DNA of 64,000 nucleotides from Opitutales bacterium (GTDB lineage Bacteria; Verrucomicrobiota; Verrucomicrobiia; Opitutales; PNEW01): NCBI GenBank assembly GCA_965197745.1, contig CBDANS010000007.1, positions 1 to 64,000 of the forward strand, read 5' to 3'. Shown piece by piece: positions 19,161 to 30,076 of this stretch (position 1 is its first letter; each line of letters starts with the position of its first letter). The notes under the pieces were generated by a model. It saw only the letters and a program-made list of their open reading frames with translations, ran no database searches and was not told where the DNA came from. The position numbers and the translations under genes were made by a program.

Positions 19161-22100
19161 CTTCCTTGAGATGTAATTCAACAGCTTTTTGTAATGTATC
19201 CGTGAGCGTTTTGCTCTGATGGAGAGCATTTTCCCTGTAAGGTGTGTCAGAGGCAAGAAAAGCACTAAGCTTTGCGGCATCCTCTGGGATGATGTCATTA
19301 AGATTTTCCCTGTTGTAATTAACAAAATCGCGAATTTGTTGATAGACCTCGCCTTGCTGGCCGTGAACGAATTTCCGGATGGGATCAATAACGTCTTCTT
19401 TAGCAGCCATCCATTCATCTTGAAAACTGGGCAGCTCCTTAAGGAATATGCTGTAGCTTTTGTCTGCCCATGCCTTGAGCTTTTCTATTGGTTCAGTGAG
19501 TTTGCTTAGAAAAGGGAAGGTAAGCTTGCGCTGGCAAGTCTCTTCCAAGACGGCAATTTCCTGTTTTAACTTATTCTGGAAACGCTGGGCGACATCCTTA
19601 GCGTCTGTTCCTATGTTGTTCTCGTCAAAGAATTCCTGGTGAAAGCTTTTAAGCTTTTGGACAGAGATTGAATCGAACTCTTCCTGAAGATAAACAATGG
19701 TATTGTTGAAGAGTCGATTATTAGAAAGGTGGTCGAGAACTGAGTCCTTTTCGAGAATATTGGAATCGGAACGCAGCTCTACTTTGCCGCGCATGAAAAG
19801 CTTGGCGATATTTGCCAATGTAGCCGCTTGATACCAGCCGTATGGACGTTTACCAAAATCCGAAAGGATACTGCTAATGGATGGCCGTTCGCCATTTTTT
19901 TGCCTGCGACGGACAGATGATAGAAGTTCCTGTTCCCCTTCACTAAGCGTATCGTCATCGTGACGGAACAGGTCATCTCCTTGATCCATGATGATTTTGT
20001 AGACACTATCCTCCTTGAAAACGATTTTCAGCATTTTCAGATTCGGATAAGCAGAGCGCACAAGGTGGTTGAAAACCTGCATCACCCGTGAGCGAGGTTC
20101 AGACGAGATTCCTGTAACTTCCGATCCATTTACAATGGCTTTTGACCCCGAGAGAAGTTTTTCGAGCCGCTGGCGTATGTCTGATTTGCGCTGTATGTTT
20201 TGCAGCCCTCTTTCGTACAAAATGCTCACTATGCTTTCAGCTAAGGCAGAATTGTTATTATGCCTAATAAACTTTTCGGTCTTTGCATAAAGGTTCAGGT
20301 CACTAAGAAGTCGCTGGTCTGATGGTAAGATCATAAGCAATTCAGGCTTTCCCATGGACTGGCTAACCAGTGTAGCATCATCATCATGAAACTCATTAAA
20401 GGGCGAGATGATATTGATAACCAGCTCGTGCTCGCGCCCAATCACGCTGCTATCCAGTTTTCGTGAAAAAGCATAATCCTGTTGGTTGTCCTCATGACGA
20501 ATCTTAGTGTCTCGAATAATTTCATCGAATAGGATCTTTGCGGCGATTTCGTTTATAGCAGTTTCGTCAATTTCTGTGGCTTTGATTTCATTTTCCACAT
20601 CCTTCTCGACGTCTGTGAGGAACTCGTATACATCACCAGTGCGTTGCACGTAGGTTTGTTGTTCGAGTATGTTCAGTGCCTCGCAAACCGCTTTTTCGTG
20701 CTTGGCAAGATCTACATCGAATGAGTCGATAACAAGAATGGCGATATTTTTGGGTGTGCTCTTAAACTCTTTAAGGTACTTGACTAGAAAGAGTGACTTG
20801 AGGATGCGTTCGGCAAGTGGGTTAACAAGTTGACGTTCTGCCATGAGTATTGCCTGCTGATGTTCAGATTTGATGACAGAGCGTATTCCTTCGTACATAA
20901 GGTCGAAAGTAGCAAGGTAACCAAATGTTTTATCGGCTATCTTTTTTGCTACATCCTGAAAGACTCCGAGCATAGAGCGTTCGCCTACAGAAGCATGCTT
21001 CCCGGTGAAGGCGTTATGTCGTGAGAGAGCATTAATAGCCAACTGGAAAAGGTCATATTGATAGGGGATGAAGGGGTAGGAACTGACGAATTCTTCTTGG
21101 GATCTATAGTTCTTGAATGCGCGTGAACCATCACTGAACTCGAAGAGCGTACGGAAGTTGGATTTTTCCTTCTCATAAAATTTGTTAAGGTCGTCAATCG
21201 TTGATGCGTTGCTTGTGTCCTTTGCAAGTAGGCGTTTTTGGATGACTTCAGAGACATCTTTACTCGTAAGAGGCAAGTGGGTCTTGAAGCGATCCTGAAT
21301 CTTGGTGAAATCTGTCGATGTATGTATCTTTGCCATCTCACCCACAACCGTAGACATGTCTTCCTGCGAGGTTACCAATATCCATGAGCGACCTTTGCAC
21401 TTGGTTGCCAGACTTTCTGCCAGAGTCTGCATATTGAGCATCAGTTTTGAGTTGTCGGCAATATATTGACCGACTTCATCGACAAAGAAATTCAGGCGGA
21501 AATTCGGCTCCTGAATCTCGATATACTCATTAACCATATTGGCAAAGTCTTCGATGGAGAGCTTAAAGCTTTGATAATACCGATCGAGTATCTTGAGGCC
21601 TTCATCTTCCGAGGCTCCTGTAACTGAAGCATAGACCTTGGCAAAGGTATTGGAATCAAGACCATGAGCGGTTTCACGACCTTGTTCCCATGATTCTCCG
21701 GATTCATTCTTATAGACTTCCTTGAATGCTTCATATTGCCCTTTCTTGCTAAGATCCCGCTCAAACTGAGCAATATATGGCTGTTTCGGATAGAAACCCT
21801 GCATCTCATTGTATACTTTTAGGAATACAGCAAGTATCGCATCCGTTTCCTTCTTGCTGATAACGTCCGACTTTTGGTCAATGTTGAAAAGAATGCTTTG
21901 CGATGGCACCTTAATTGCTTTGCCTACATCTGCACTAAGCAACTGGTTGTCTGTTTGTTCTTTTATCTTATCCCGAAAGATTTCTCCTACTGGGCGGCCG
22001 TCTATGGTTCGGTTTTGGAGGGCAAGTGAGAGGATTTTCAACAAGTGCGATTTACCTGAGCCGAAAAAGCCTGAGATCCACACCCCCGTAGCGATGTTCT

Positions 22101-22266
22101 TTTCGTTGTAAGCTTCAAAGAAAGTTTCAAGGTGCTTGGCGACTTCGTTTGTAACGATGTATTCGTCAACTTCATTGGCTAGGTGTGCATCGTCATCGGC
22201 CTTGATAACGCCCTCGATAGGGCGGTCTATAGGTTTGGCAAATAATTCACGAATATTCATGGTCAT
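19161..22266 (-). pseudogene. brxC: BREX P-loop ATPase BrxC, C-terminally truncated by IS3
   Basis: FAKPIDRPIEGVIK, WISGFFGSGKSHLLK, FFVDEVGQYI, VTSQE, YPFIPYQ, VGERSML; the last ~17 residues of the tracked ORF come from the IS end. Confidence 0.93.
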
Positions 22267-22874
22267 AGCTTATAGTTTTCAATGTTGAAGGCCCGGTAAT
22301 ATTTATCTTCGTTCAACTCGCCGAAAAGATCGAGCGATTGGCCACGCCCTTCGGTGAAAGTGTAATGTCCAGGGAGAAAGAGAAGTGTGGGATAATCTTT
22401 GGCTACTTTCTGAAGATTGTTCAGGACATTATGTGTGCGTATAAAAGGGTATACCATACCTACGCCACTGAGAAAAAGGAGCTGGAGCTTGTCTTGTGTC
22501 TTGATCTTGTCAGCAATAAAAGGGATGAGCTTGGTTTCAACATCGGTAAGATTTTGCAACTGAGTCTTGAACTGGTCTTTTGGTATATTGGCTTCGAGCT
22601 CAATCAGCTTATCCCACTTACCGCGCTGCTTGATTAGTTCAACTGACAAGTCATAGAGGTTTACTTCTAGCTGGTTGATTCCTGTCTTTTCGAGGTGGGA
22701 AATGAGGTGCTTTGTCTGCGTTTGCACTTCGTTCTCTAGTTCAGGCGAGTAAGCAAAGACGAAAAATGGGACTTCATTGATGATTCCCTCTTTAGCAAGG
22801 AATTGGGAATTGCTTAGGGTCCGCTTAAGTGATTCAAAGCGGTCGTTTAGCGTGGGCTGTTGGGTTGTTTTCAT
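22263..22874 (-). CDS. brxB: BREX protein BrxB (DUF1788)
   Basis: NEVPFFVFAYSPE, GVGMVYPFIRTHNVLNNL, PGHY...YYRAFN; overlaps the brxC start. Confidence 0.93.
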   Translation of the reverse strand: MKTTQQPTLNDRFESLKRTLSNSQFLAKEGIINEVPFFVFAYSPELENEVQTQTKHLISHLEKTGINQLEVNLYDLSVELIKQRGKWDKLIELEANIPKDQFKTQLQNLTDVETKLIPFIADKIKTQDKLQLLFLSGVGMVYPFIRTHNVLNNLQKVAKDYPTLLFLPGHYTFTEGRGQSLDLFGELNEDKYYRAFNIENYKL

Positions 22875-23491
22875 GTGGAAAGAAATCCAACTCGATAATT
22901 TTTACCTTCAGAGGTGAGAATTGATTCTATGAGTTGAGAGATAGGTCGTGGCGTAATGGTGGGATTTGTGGTGTCCGATAGGAGTCCAGCCTCAACAAGA
23001 ATTCGAAGCATGACCTGACGGATTTTCTTGCGCGTGGTAGCGGTCATCTCATCCAGTTCAGGATGTTCAACACTCATGGAGTTCCAGAAGCTATCAAAAT
23101 CTCCAGAAGTGACCCTGTAATCGAATACTATGAGTTTGTCGCGCAGGGTTACGCGTACAAAATCAAAGACAAATGTATAGCACTTGAAAACACTTAGTAA
23201 AAGAATAGCTTTTTTATCATCATACAGTGCATCCATGAAACTGTCTAGCGTTGATCTGTCGAGTGTCTCTAGACGTTGGCGCAGTTCTCGAAAGATTCGC
23301 TTGGTGCTGGAAGAAGCATTTTTTTTCAGGAGATTGTGGCTATGCACCTCATCTGCCACCTGATTCCAGTTTTTGGTGACAACATAACGCGAAATTAATT
23401 CTTCACATTCATTGAAGCCTAATGCGATTGAGACAAATGATAGTTTCAGAGGATCTATTCCTTTGGCTTTTCGTGCTTCTACGCTATTCAT
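22871..23491 (-). CDS. brxA: BREX protein BrxA (DUF1819)
   Basis: HNLLKK...RIFRELRQRL, TTRKKIRQVMLRILVEAGLL; position before brxB. Confidence 0.88.
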   Translation of the reverse strand: MNSVEARKAKGIDPLKLSFVSIALGFNECEELISRYVVTKNWNQVADEVHSHNLLKKNASSSTKRIFRELRQRLETLDRSTLDSFMDALYDDKKAILLLSVFKCYTFVFDFVRVTLRDKLIVFDYRVTSGDFDSFWNSMSVEHPELDEMTATTRKKIRQVMLRILVEAGLLSDTTNPTITPRPISQLIESILTSEGKNYRVGFLST

Positions 23492-23576
23492 ATTTATTTG
23501 CGTCTAATGCCGGATTTTTTAAATTTTATCATAATACTACAATGTTTTTACGCTAAAAGTATTTAAGCTGATATAT

Positions 23577-24239
23577 ATGAACATTCGATTTAAATTATCA
23601 CGTTTTAAAGTAATAACTAGGTGGCGTATACGTCGATTTTTTTATAATATATTAATGTCAATACATTTACCCCTCGTTGAATATGATGATAAGAGATTAA
23701 TAAAGTGGGATACGAAATCTTTAAATCTAATTTCAGTTGATGGTAAATTTCCCGGAATAGTAAGAGGTTTGGGTAGATTAGATTGTTATTTAAGAATACA
23801 AGATGAATTAATCATACAAACCTTTGGTAAGAAAGATTTATATCCGAATCTAAGTGCGTTAGAAGATTTTCTAACATTAAGTCAACTATGGGTTTTTGGT
23901 GCATATGAATTCTTAAGATCTCTTCAACAGTACTTGGAAGCTAAGAAAGATTTAGTTGATGAAAATAAATTTGAAGCTGTTCGTGATATGAAAATAAAAT
24001 TTGAAAGAATTAGAATACCCCTAGCAAAACTTGAACCTGCTAAGCGATTTTCAAATTCTGATGATGTTCCTAAAGGTGCACTTGTGTTAAGTAATGCAAG
24101 AGATAAAGGGTGGTGTTGGAAACTTAACGAAGAGCAATATGTTTGGAGAAAGGAACTTGGGGAAGATTTGCTTTGCTTTTTGGATTTATTCCCTACTCCC
24201 AAAGAATATCTTGATGCTAGTAATAAGAATACGAATTAA
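23577..24239 (+). CDS. hypothetical protein, divergent from brxA
   Basis: 220-aa AT-rich ORF; LSQLWVFGAYEFLR...RIRIPLAK. Confidence 0.6.
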   Translation: MNIRFKLSRFKVITRWRIRRFFYNILMSIHLPLVEYDDKRLIKWDTKSLNLISVDGKFPGIVRGLGRLDCYLRIQDELIIQTFGKKDLYPNLSALEDFLTLSQLWVFGAYEFLRSLQQYLEAKKDLVDENKFEAVRDMKIKFERIRIPLAKLEPAKRFSNSDDVPKGALVLSNARDKGWCWKLNEEQYVWRKELGEDLLCFLDLFPTPKEYLDASNKNTN

Positions 24240-24430
24240 TCTTTTAGTTATATAAAAGTATCTATTAGCTCATCGAAAAGGAATTGTAGATATTACTTCT
24301 AAGTTCCCTTGCGAATCCAGAAGAATGTAGTCTATCGTAAAATCAGTTTTTGGTTTAGTTGATAATCACTAGCGAGCTGATGTTTGTAATAATTTCTATA
24401 TCTTATATAAACTTTCGCGCCATAGTTCAT

Positions 24431-24562
24431 TGATCGGACCCCGTATTTCGTACCAATTATTAAGTGAGAGAGTTACCGGGTGTTAATGGTTTTATGATTG
24501 ATGTATATGGGAGATCTTGGCGAAGTGAGGGCGTAGCCCGAACGCGGCCAGGATCTGAAAGG
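24431..24562 (-). mobile_element. isolated inverted right end of IS3 element A
   Basis: Reverse complement of the last ~132 bp of the copies ending at 17778 and 25911. Confidence 0.88.
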
Positions 24563-25911
24563 TGGAGTGACCCCCAAAAATGGTATCATTAACAGAGAGA
24601 GGTTATCGGGATAAACAGATAACCTCATGAAAAGAAAAAGATACACAACAGAACAGATCATCGCAATACTGCGGCAAGCCGATACCGGAAAAACGGTAGA
24701 GGAAATCTGCCGAGGCAACAACGTGAGTGAACAGACCTTCTATCGCTGGGGTAAAAAGTATGGCAATTTGGAACTAGCCGATGCGAAGCGATTTAAAGAG
24801 CTGGAAAAAGAAAACACCGAGTTGAAGAAGATGCTCGCTGATCAAATGCTTAAGAATCAGGTAATGGAGGAAACGCTGTCAAAAAAGTGGTGAGCCCCAA
24901 GCAGAAGAAGCGAGTAGTAAAAGATGCGGCTGAGAGAGGGCTGTGCTCGTTGCGAAGGGCTTGTTCCTACCTCAGCCTCAGTTGGTCAACTTTCAGCTAC
25001 CAGCCCAAGCAGGCCAGTAAGAAAGCTCAGCGGTTGGCCGAGCGGATTATAACCCTGTCCTGGGAACATCCCTGCTACGGTTACCGGCGCATCCGTGCCT
25101 TGCTCGTAAAGGAAGGCTGGACAACAAACAGGAAGTTTGTTCAGGCAGTACGACGTTCAGAAGGGTTGCAGGTAAAGCCACCTAAAAAGCGTAGACACCG
25201 TCAAGGGGTCTCTACGGGGTCGCCTACTAAAGCAACCGGTCGCAATCACCTTTGGTCCTGGGACTTTGTCCATGATCGCACAGACCATGGCGGTCCATTA
25301 AAGATGATGACTCTGATCGATGTACCGAGGAGCTGAAAGCGACGACACTCAAGCGAAGCGAAGACATATACGCGTGAATGTCTGGATATCCGGGTCGCTC
25401 GTGAACTCCCTCATCGGATGTCCTCTCTGTGCTTAGCGAGGCCATTGAAAAGGAGGGAGCTCCCAGCTATATCCGTAGTGACAACGGCAGTGTTCCGAGG
25501 AGCGAAGCGACGACATGCGAAGCCATTCATTGCTCATCAGGTGCAGCAGTCGTTGTCCGACAAAAAGATCAAGGCGATATATATCGATCCGGGCAGTCCC
25601 TGGCAAAACGGTTTCATCGAGTCGTTTCACAACCGCTTACGCGATGAGTGTTTGAACCGTGAAGTGTTGCTCAGCGTGGCTGAAGCACAAGTTGTAATCG
25701 AACAATGGCGCCAGACCTATAACCATGATCATCCCCACAGTCGTTTAGGCTTTAAAAGCCCACAAGAGTTTGTCACATTCCTTTCAGATCCTGGCCGCGT
25801 TCGGGCTACGCCCTCACTTCGCCAAGATCTCTCATATACATCAATCCTAAAACCATTAATACCCGGGAACTCTCTCACTTAATAATTGGTACGAAAAACG
25901 GGGTCCAATCA
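24563..25911 (+). mobile_element. IS3-family element A, full length but defective
   Basis: Ends TGGAGTGACCCC.../...GGGGTCCAATCA; orfB 24887-25882 broken by insertions at 25323-25365 and 25493-25524. Confidence 0.92.
24627..24893 (+). CDS. IS3 OrfA (HTH)
   Basis: MKRKRYTTEQIIAILRQ...SEQTFYRW...LEKENTELKKML; AAAAAAG slippery motif at its end. Confidence 0.9.
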   Translation: MKRKRYTTEQIIAILRQADTGKTVEEICRGNNVSEQTFYRWGKKYGNLELADAKRFKELEKENTELKKMLADQMLKNQVMEETLSKKW

Positions 25912-26282
25912 GTAGGAAGCTGGGACGAAACGCGTTCATTCGAGAAGTCGTTCGAATTGAACTCAACTCTTTCAAAGTTAAAACTGTAACCTTCAGGTAA
26001 ATCTCGCACTCTGGCATCATCTTCTGTAAGCACTATACAAGTGGTTCCACGCTTCCGTAGAATCTCAAGCGTATTGGTGAGGAAGGAGTCGCTTACGCTT
26101 CCTCCAAGAAATAGATTACCACCTGCAGTTCGAAGTACACATTGTTTCGGATTTTCTGCATCATCCACTAGAGCGCAACCTGGGCAGCGACCATCCAAGC
26201 TTGCGAACAACATTCCGTCATTCGGACAACCAACTCCAAATAGATCTTTCAATCTTGTGTCAGTGAGGGGAAGTTCCCGCAT
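25912..26282 (-). pseudogene. cassette gene truncated by IS3 (possibly GNAT-type N-terminal part)
   Basis: Starts 19 bp after an attC core; runs into the IS right end. Confidence 0.55.
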
Positions 26283-26300
26283 GGTCTCTGATTATTTGAT

Positions 26301-26364
26301 ACACAACGTCCGAGCTCAGCAGCGAGGCCCGCAGGGCCTTGTCGTCGGGAGCGATTTGTTAAGC
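26301..26364 (-). other. integron attC site
   Basis: Minus strand GCTTAAC aaatcgctcc...ggccctgcgggcc...tgagctcggac GTTGTGT. Confidence 0.85.
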
Positions 26365-26835
26365 GCTAGCATTTTTTACATGACCTTTGGAGCGCAGCAA
26401 CCCATAAATGGTGAGCAGCAAAGCCGCCAAGATGGTTACAGCGCATAGCAGGAGCAGGTTGGTGACGACTGGATTGTCGACACCATGTGGTGGCGGAAAC
26501 TTTTCATTCAGCGTCGGCATGAGTTTCGACGAGGATCCCATGAAGGCCGCCGCAACTCCCGCTGCGCCGTTGGTCCAAGTGCCAATTTGCAGCGTGGCAA
26601 ACCAAACTTTAAATGCGGTCGGATTCGAGCGGAGTTTATTGACCAGCAAGCCAAGTGCCACCATTAAAATACCGTTGGCAGTGAACTCAATGTGAGCCAT
26701 CACGATTCCGCGAAACCACGCCACAGCTGAGGTCGGAATTATTCCGATCACGCAGCCGACCGTAATTTGGACAACCCCTAGAATCAAAGTCCAATGCATG
26801 AGATTTTCTTTTAAGTTGTCGACATCAGTTTTCAT
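26359..26835 (-). CDS. styrene-oxide-isomerase (StyC)-like membrane protein, gene cassette
   Basis: Four hydrophobic helices, GIVMAHIEFTANGILMVALG; stop overlaps attC R''. Confidence 0.6.
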   Translation of the reverse strand: MKTDVDNLKENLMHWTLILGVVQITVGCVIGIIPTSAVAWFRGIVMAHIEFTANGILMVALGLLVNKLRSNPTAFKVWFATLQIGTWTNGAAGVAAAFMGSSSKLMPTLNEKFPPPHGVDNPVVTNLLLLCAVTILAALLLTIYGLLRSKGHVKNASA

Positions 26836-26857
26836 ATTTTTGCTCCCTTGGTTGAGC

Positions 26858-26913
26858 GCCTAACAAGTGGTTCTAAAGTTCTGCATATTCGCGTATGAGG
26901 ATAATGTGTCAAC
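26858..26913 (-). promoter_or_regulatory. attI-like leader, copy 1
   Basis: Minus strand ttgacacattatcctcatacgcgaatatgcagaactttagaaccacttGTTAGGC. Confidence 0.6.
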
Positions 26914-26942
26914 GTTGATAACTGATAAATACACGAGAAGCC

Positions 26943-27011
26943 AAAAGGGGTCAGGTTTCGCAATTTAGCAAAAGTAATAAAAATGCTTAGATGCGAGGCC
27001 TGACCCCTTTT
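26943..27011. repeat. GGGGTCAGG...CCTGACCCC inverted-repeat mini-element
   Basis: aaaaggggtcaggtttcgca...tgcgaggcctgacccctttt. Confidence 0.75.
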
Positions 27012-27126
27012 GCATTTTCAATGTCATTTTTCAGAAAACTTTTCGGGTTGGGCCCAAACAAGATGCAATTCTTCTATAGGGCAAATCCTATTGATTAGTG
27101 ATCTATTTTCAGTTTCGTGATGAATC

Positions 27127-28365
27127 TTATTCATTCTCACGGAAGTTTTTTATGCGATGAAAAGTAAGATAGTTTGCGTCATGATGGTTGTAGGCGCCAC
27201 CGAGACCATCGTCATAAGCTGTTCTTGAAACTGCGATGATATCATCACCATCAAACAACCAGTCTACGTACTGCCAGGCGTGTTTTTCTTCATCGTGATG
27301 TTGCAGGAGAGTCTTCTCTATTTTCCAGTTCTTCAAATCGGACGAAGAGGTGAGCACGAGGACGTTGCGTCGCGCCTTGGGGTTTGTTTGTTTATTGCCG
27401 ATGGACCAGTAGCGATTGCTTTTCTCATCATAATGAAGTGTGAATTTTGCTCCGCCACCCGGGAAGTTAATAATGTCCGTCTCGGGATCGAACGAGAGCT
27501 CCATGCCGTCATCCGAAACGTGCACGACCGCCGCCTTATCGTAGCTGGCCCATTTAAGATCATTCATGCGTAAGATGTTTATTAACCTGCCTTCAGGCGT
27601 TACTACGATGTTTCCTTCAAGCCACATGAAATTTGGCTGCTCATGATGGAGTAGTTCGCTTACACGCCAATTCTCAGCGTTGAGCAAGTTCGCATCGACG
27701 GGCGCGGACATGACGAACGATCTCCAATCCCCTTTATTATCAAATATATCTTTACGGGACATCTTTATATCCCCCACCTGCTCAAATGCCTTCCAGATTC
27801 TTCCGTCGTGGATCACAGGGGGGAACGGTGTGCTTTGGTGTTTAGCATCGTCTTTGATAAGACCGCTCTTTCCATCTTTAGGCTTCGTCCAAGTTTTCCC
27901 TCCGTTTTCAGATTTTTGGATTACCACGTAACCATATTCCCTACTGGCGCCAAAAAGATAGAGCGCTTCTTCATAAACAAATAAGGTCGACCAGAACTGC
28001 CCTTTGAATCTGGATAGTTGTTTCCAGGTTTCACCTCTGTCTTCCGACCCGTAGACAACGATTGTCGTGCGCTTCGTTCGGGTCATCCTTTCGCGCGGGT
28101 AAAAGAAGTCGTGCGATGCTACATAATGGCCGTTGGGAAGAACTGCGATGCTGGGAGAACCAATGAATTCTCTCGTAGACGCGGGAGAATAATTAATAAC
28201 GACACCGGGAACTTTTGCGTGGCCCGGTGTAAGATCGCCCTCTGCATTAGAAGGATTTACTATATTATTCTCTGACTTAGACTCGTCATTCCTGCCCATA
28301 CCTAATCCTAATAGAATACCCACGATGAATATAAGGAGTCGAAAGTAATTTAATACATCATGCAT
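27127..28365 (-). CDS. sialidase-like BNR/Asp-box beta-propeller protein, secreted
   Basis: GSPSIAVLPNG; Asp-boxes SEDRGETW, SENGGKTW, SSDLKNW; YVDWLFDGDDI. Confidence 0.8.
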   Translation of the reverse strand: MHDVLNYFRLLIFIVGILLGLGMGRNDESKSENNIVNPSNAEGDLTPGHAKVPGVVINYSPASTREFIGSPSIAVLPNGHYVASHDFFYPRERMTRTKRTTIVVYGSEDRGETWKQLSRFKGQFWSTLFVYEEALYLFGASREYGYVVIQKSENGGKTWTKPKDGKSGLIKDDAKHQSTPFPPVIHDGRIWKAFEQVGDIKMSRKDIFDNKGDWRSFVMSAPVDANLLNAENWRVSELLHHEQPNFMWLEGNIVVTPEGRLINILRMNDLKWASYDKAAVVHVSDDGMELSFDPETDIINFPGGGAKFTLHYDEKSNRYWSIGNKQTNPKARRNVLVLTSSSDLKNWKIEKTLLQHHDEEKHAWQYVDWLFDGDDIIAVSRTAYDDGLGGAYNHHDANYLTFHRIKNFRENE

Positions 28366-28503
28366 TTTTTTAAATTGTCATTGCGAGCGAGGCGAAGCAA
28401 TCCAGACGAACATTCATTGTGCCTACTCATACCAATCTCCACTCAAGTCTTTCCAATAGGGGTTCACGAGAAGGATTCTGAGGATTTAAAAGGGGTCAGA
28501 GTG

Positions 28504-30076
28504 GAATGGCGTTAAGATAAGGGATAGAATGAGTGCAATAGATGCTTGTACAGGGACCGTTGGAGAGCTACCCTAACGAGCATGCAAAAACAAAACTTAA
28601 CTCGTTATTTTCCAGGATTTAATCAGGTCCTGTTCGGTCGTGCTCCCCGAACAGCCCTTGCACAGATGGAGGGTAAGCTGGTAGAAATACGGCGGTCAAG
28701 TCTTTCCGAGCTATCGGATATCTTCGGGCAGTGGGTGCCGCAAAAGTATTTACACCGGAAGCCTCGAGGGGCTAACAGCCGGCGGAGATTGTTCAGCCAA
28801 AACGTGACCTTCTGGGCATTTTTGTTCCAAGTGCTCTCACCACGGACTGCCTGCCGGGAAGTGGTGCGCAAGCTCCAGAGCTATTGCAGCATGAAGGGGC
28901 TGAAGTTGGCTAAAGGAACGGCCTCGGCCTACTGTCAGGCGAGGCAACGGCTGTTGGTGCAAGACCTGCACGGGATCCATGAAGCGATCAGTGAAGAGGT
29001 GGCCGGGAGAGTGACCGACGATCAACGGTGGAAAGGTCACGAGGTAAAAGTGGTCGACGGCACGGGTATCGCCACCGCCGATACGCCGTGCTTGCAGAGG
29101 TGTTACCCACAGCCTTCGCAGCAACGAAGCGGCTGCGGCTTTCCGGTGGTGAAGCTGGTGGGCTGTTTTTCTTTAGCCAGTGGGGCGCTTTTACACTGGA
29201 TGGAGTCCTCACTAAGGCATCATGACAGTGTGCTGTTGCGGGGCATGATCGGATTTTTTCAAAAGGGTGATGTGGTCCTTGCCGACCGGGGATTTTGCTC
29301 TTACCTCAATATTGCCCTGCTTAAAGGCCGCGGTGCTGAAGCGGTCATGCGTTTGCATCAGCAACGAAGAAGCGACTTTCGTCAGGGCAGGTCCTTGGGT
29401 AGGTATGACCGGCTGATCATGTGGAAGAAGCCGCAAAATGTCTTCGGCTTCAGTCGCGAGCAGTGGCGGCAAATCCCTGATGAGATCCCCGTACGGCTGG
29501 TGAAGATTTTCATTTTCATCAAAGGTTTCCGCGCCCATAGCGTAGACCTCGTGACTACCTTGAGCGATCCTCACCAATACTCCCACCACGATCTCGGAGA
29601 ATTATACTATCGGCGCTGGGCAGTGGAGCTTTACTTTCGCCACATCAAAACCACCATGGGGATGGAGATCCTGCGCTCTCGCTCGGTCGCTCTCGTGCGC
29701 AAAGAGATTGCGATGTTTGCCATCGCCTACAATCTCTCATCCGCGCTCTTTTGCAGCAGGCTGCCAGTGCCTTCCACCGCGACCTCTCCCGGCTAAGCTT
29801 CAAGGGGGCTGTTGACACCCTCCGCCAATATCAAAGTGCGCTCGCGGCCACCCGGTTTAATCCCAGAGCCCAACGATCTGTCATTGACGAGATGATACAC
29901 CTCATTGCCCTCGAATCGGTCCCCCTACGTCCCTTCCGATACGAACCAAGAGTCCTCAAACGTAGACCTATACCTTTCCAACGATTGACTCATCCACGAG
30001 CCATGATGACCGTCTCTGCTTCACGAAAAAACAAAGGCTTTTATCATCCTAAACCACCCTTATCTTAACGCCATTC
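28504..30076 (+). mobile_element. IS4-family element, copy 1 (1573 bp)
   Basis: Perfect 20-bp TIR GAATGGCGTTAAGATAAGGG; flanks GGGTCAGAGTG/GGGTCAGACTG. Confidence 0.93.
28582..30068 (+). pseudogene. IS4-family transposase, frameshift at 29731-29740
   Basis: VVDGT, LADRGF, YYRRWAVELYFRHIK (YREK); AATCTCTCATC has an extra dinucleotide relative to YNL-IRALLQQAA. Confidence 0.88.
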
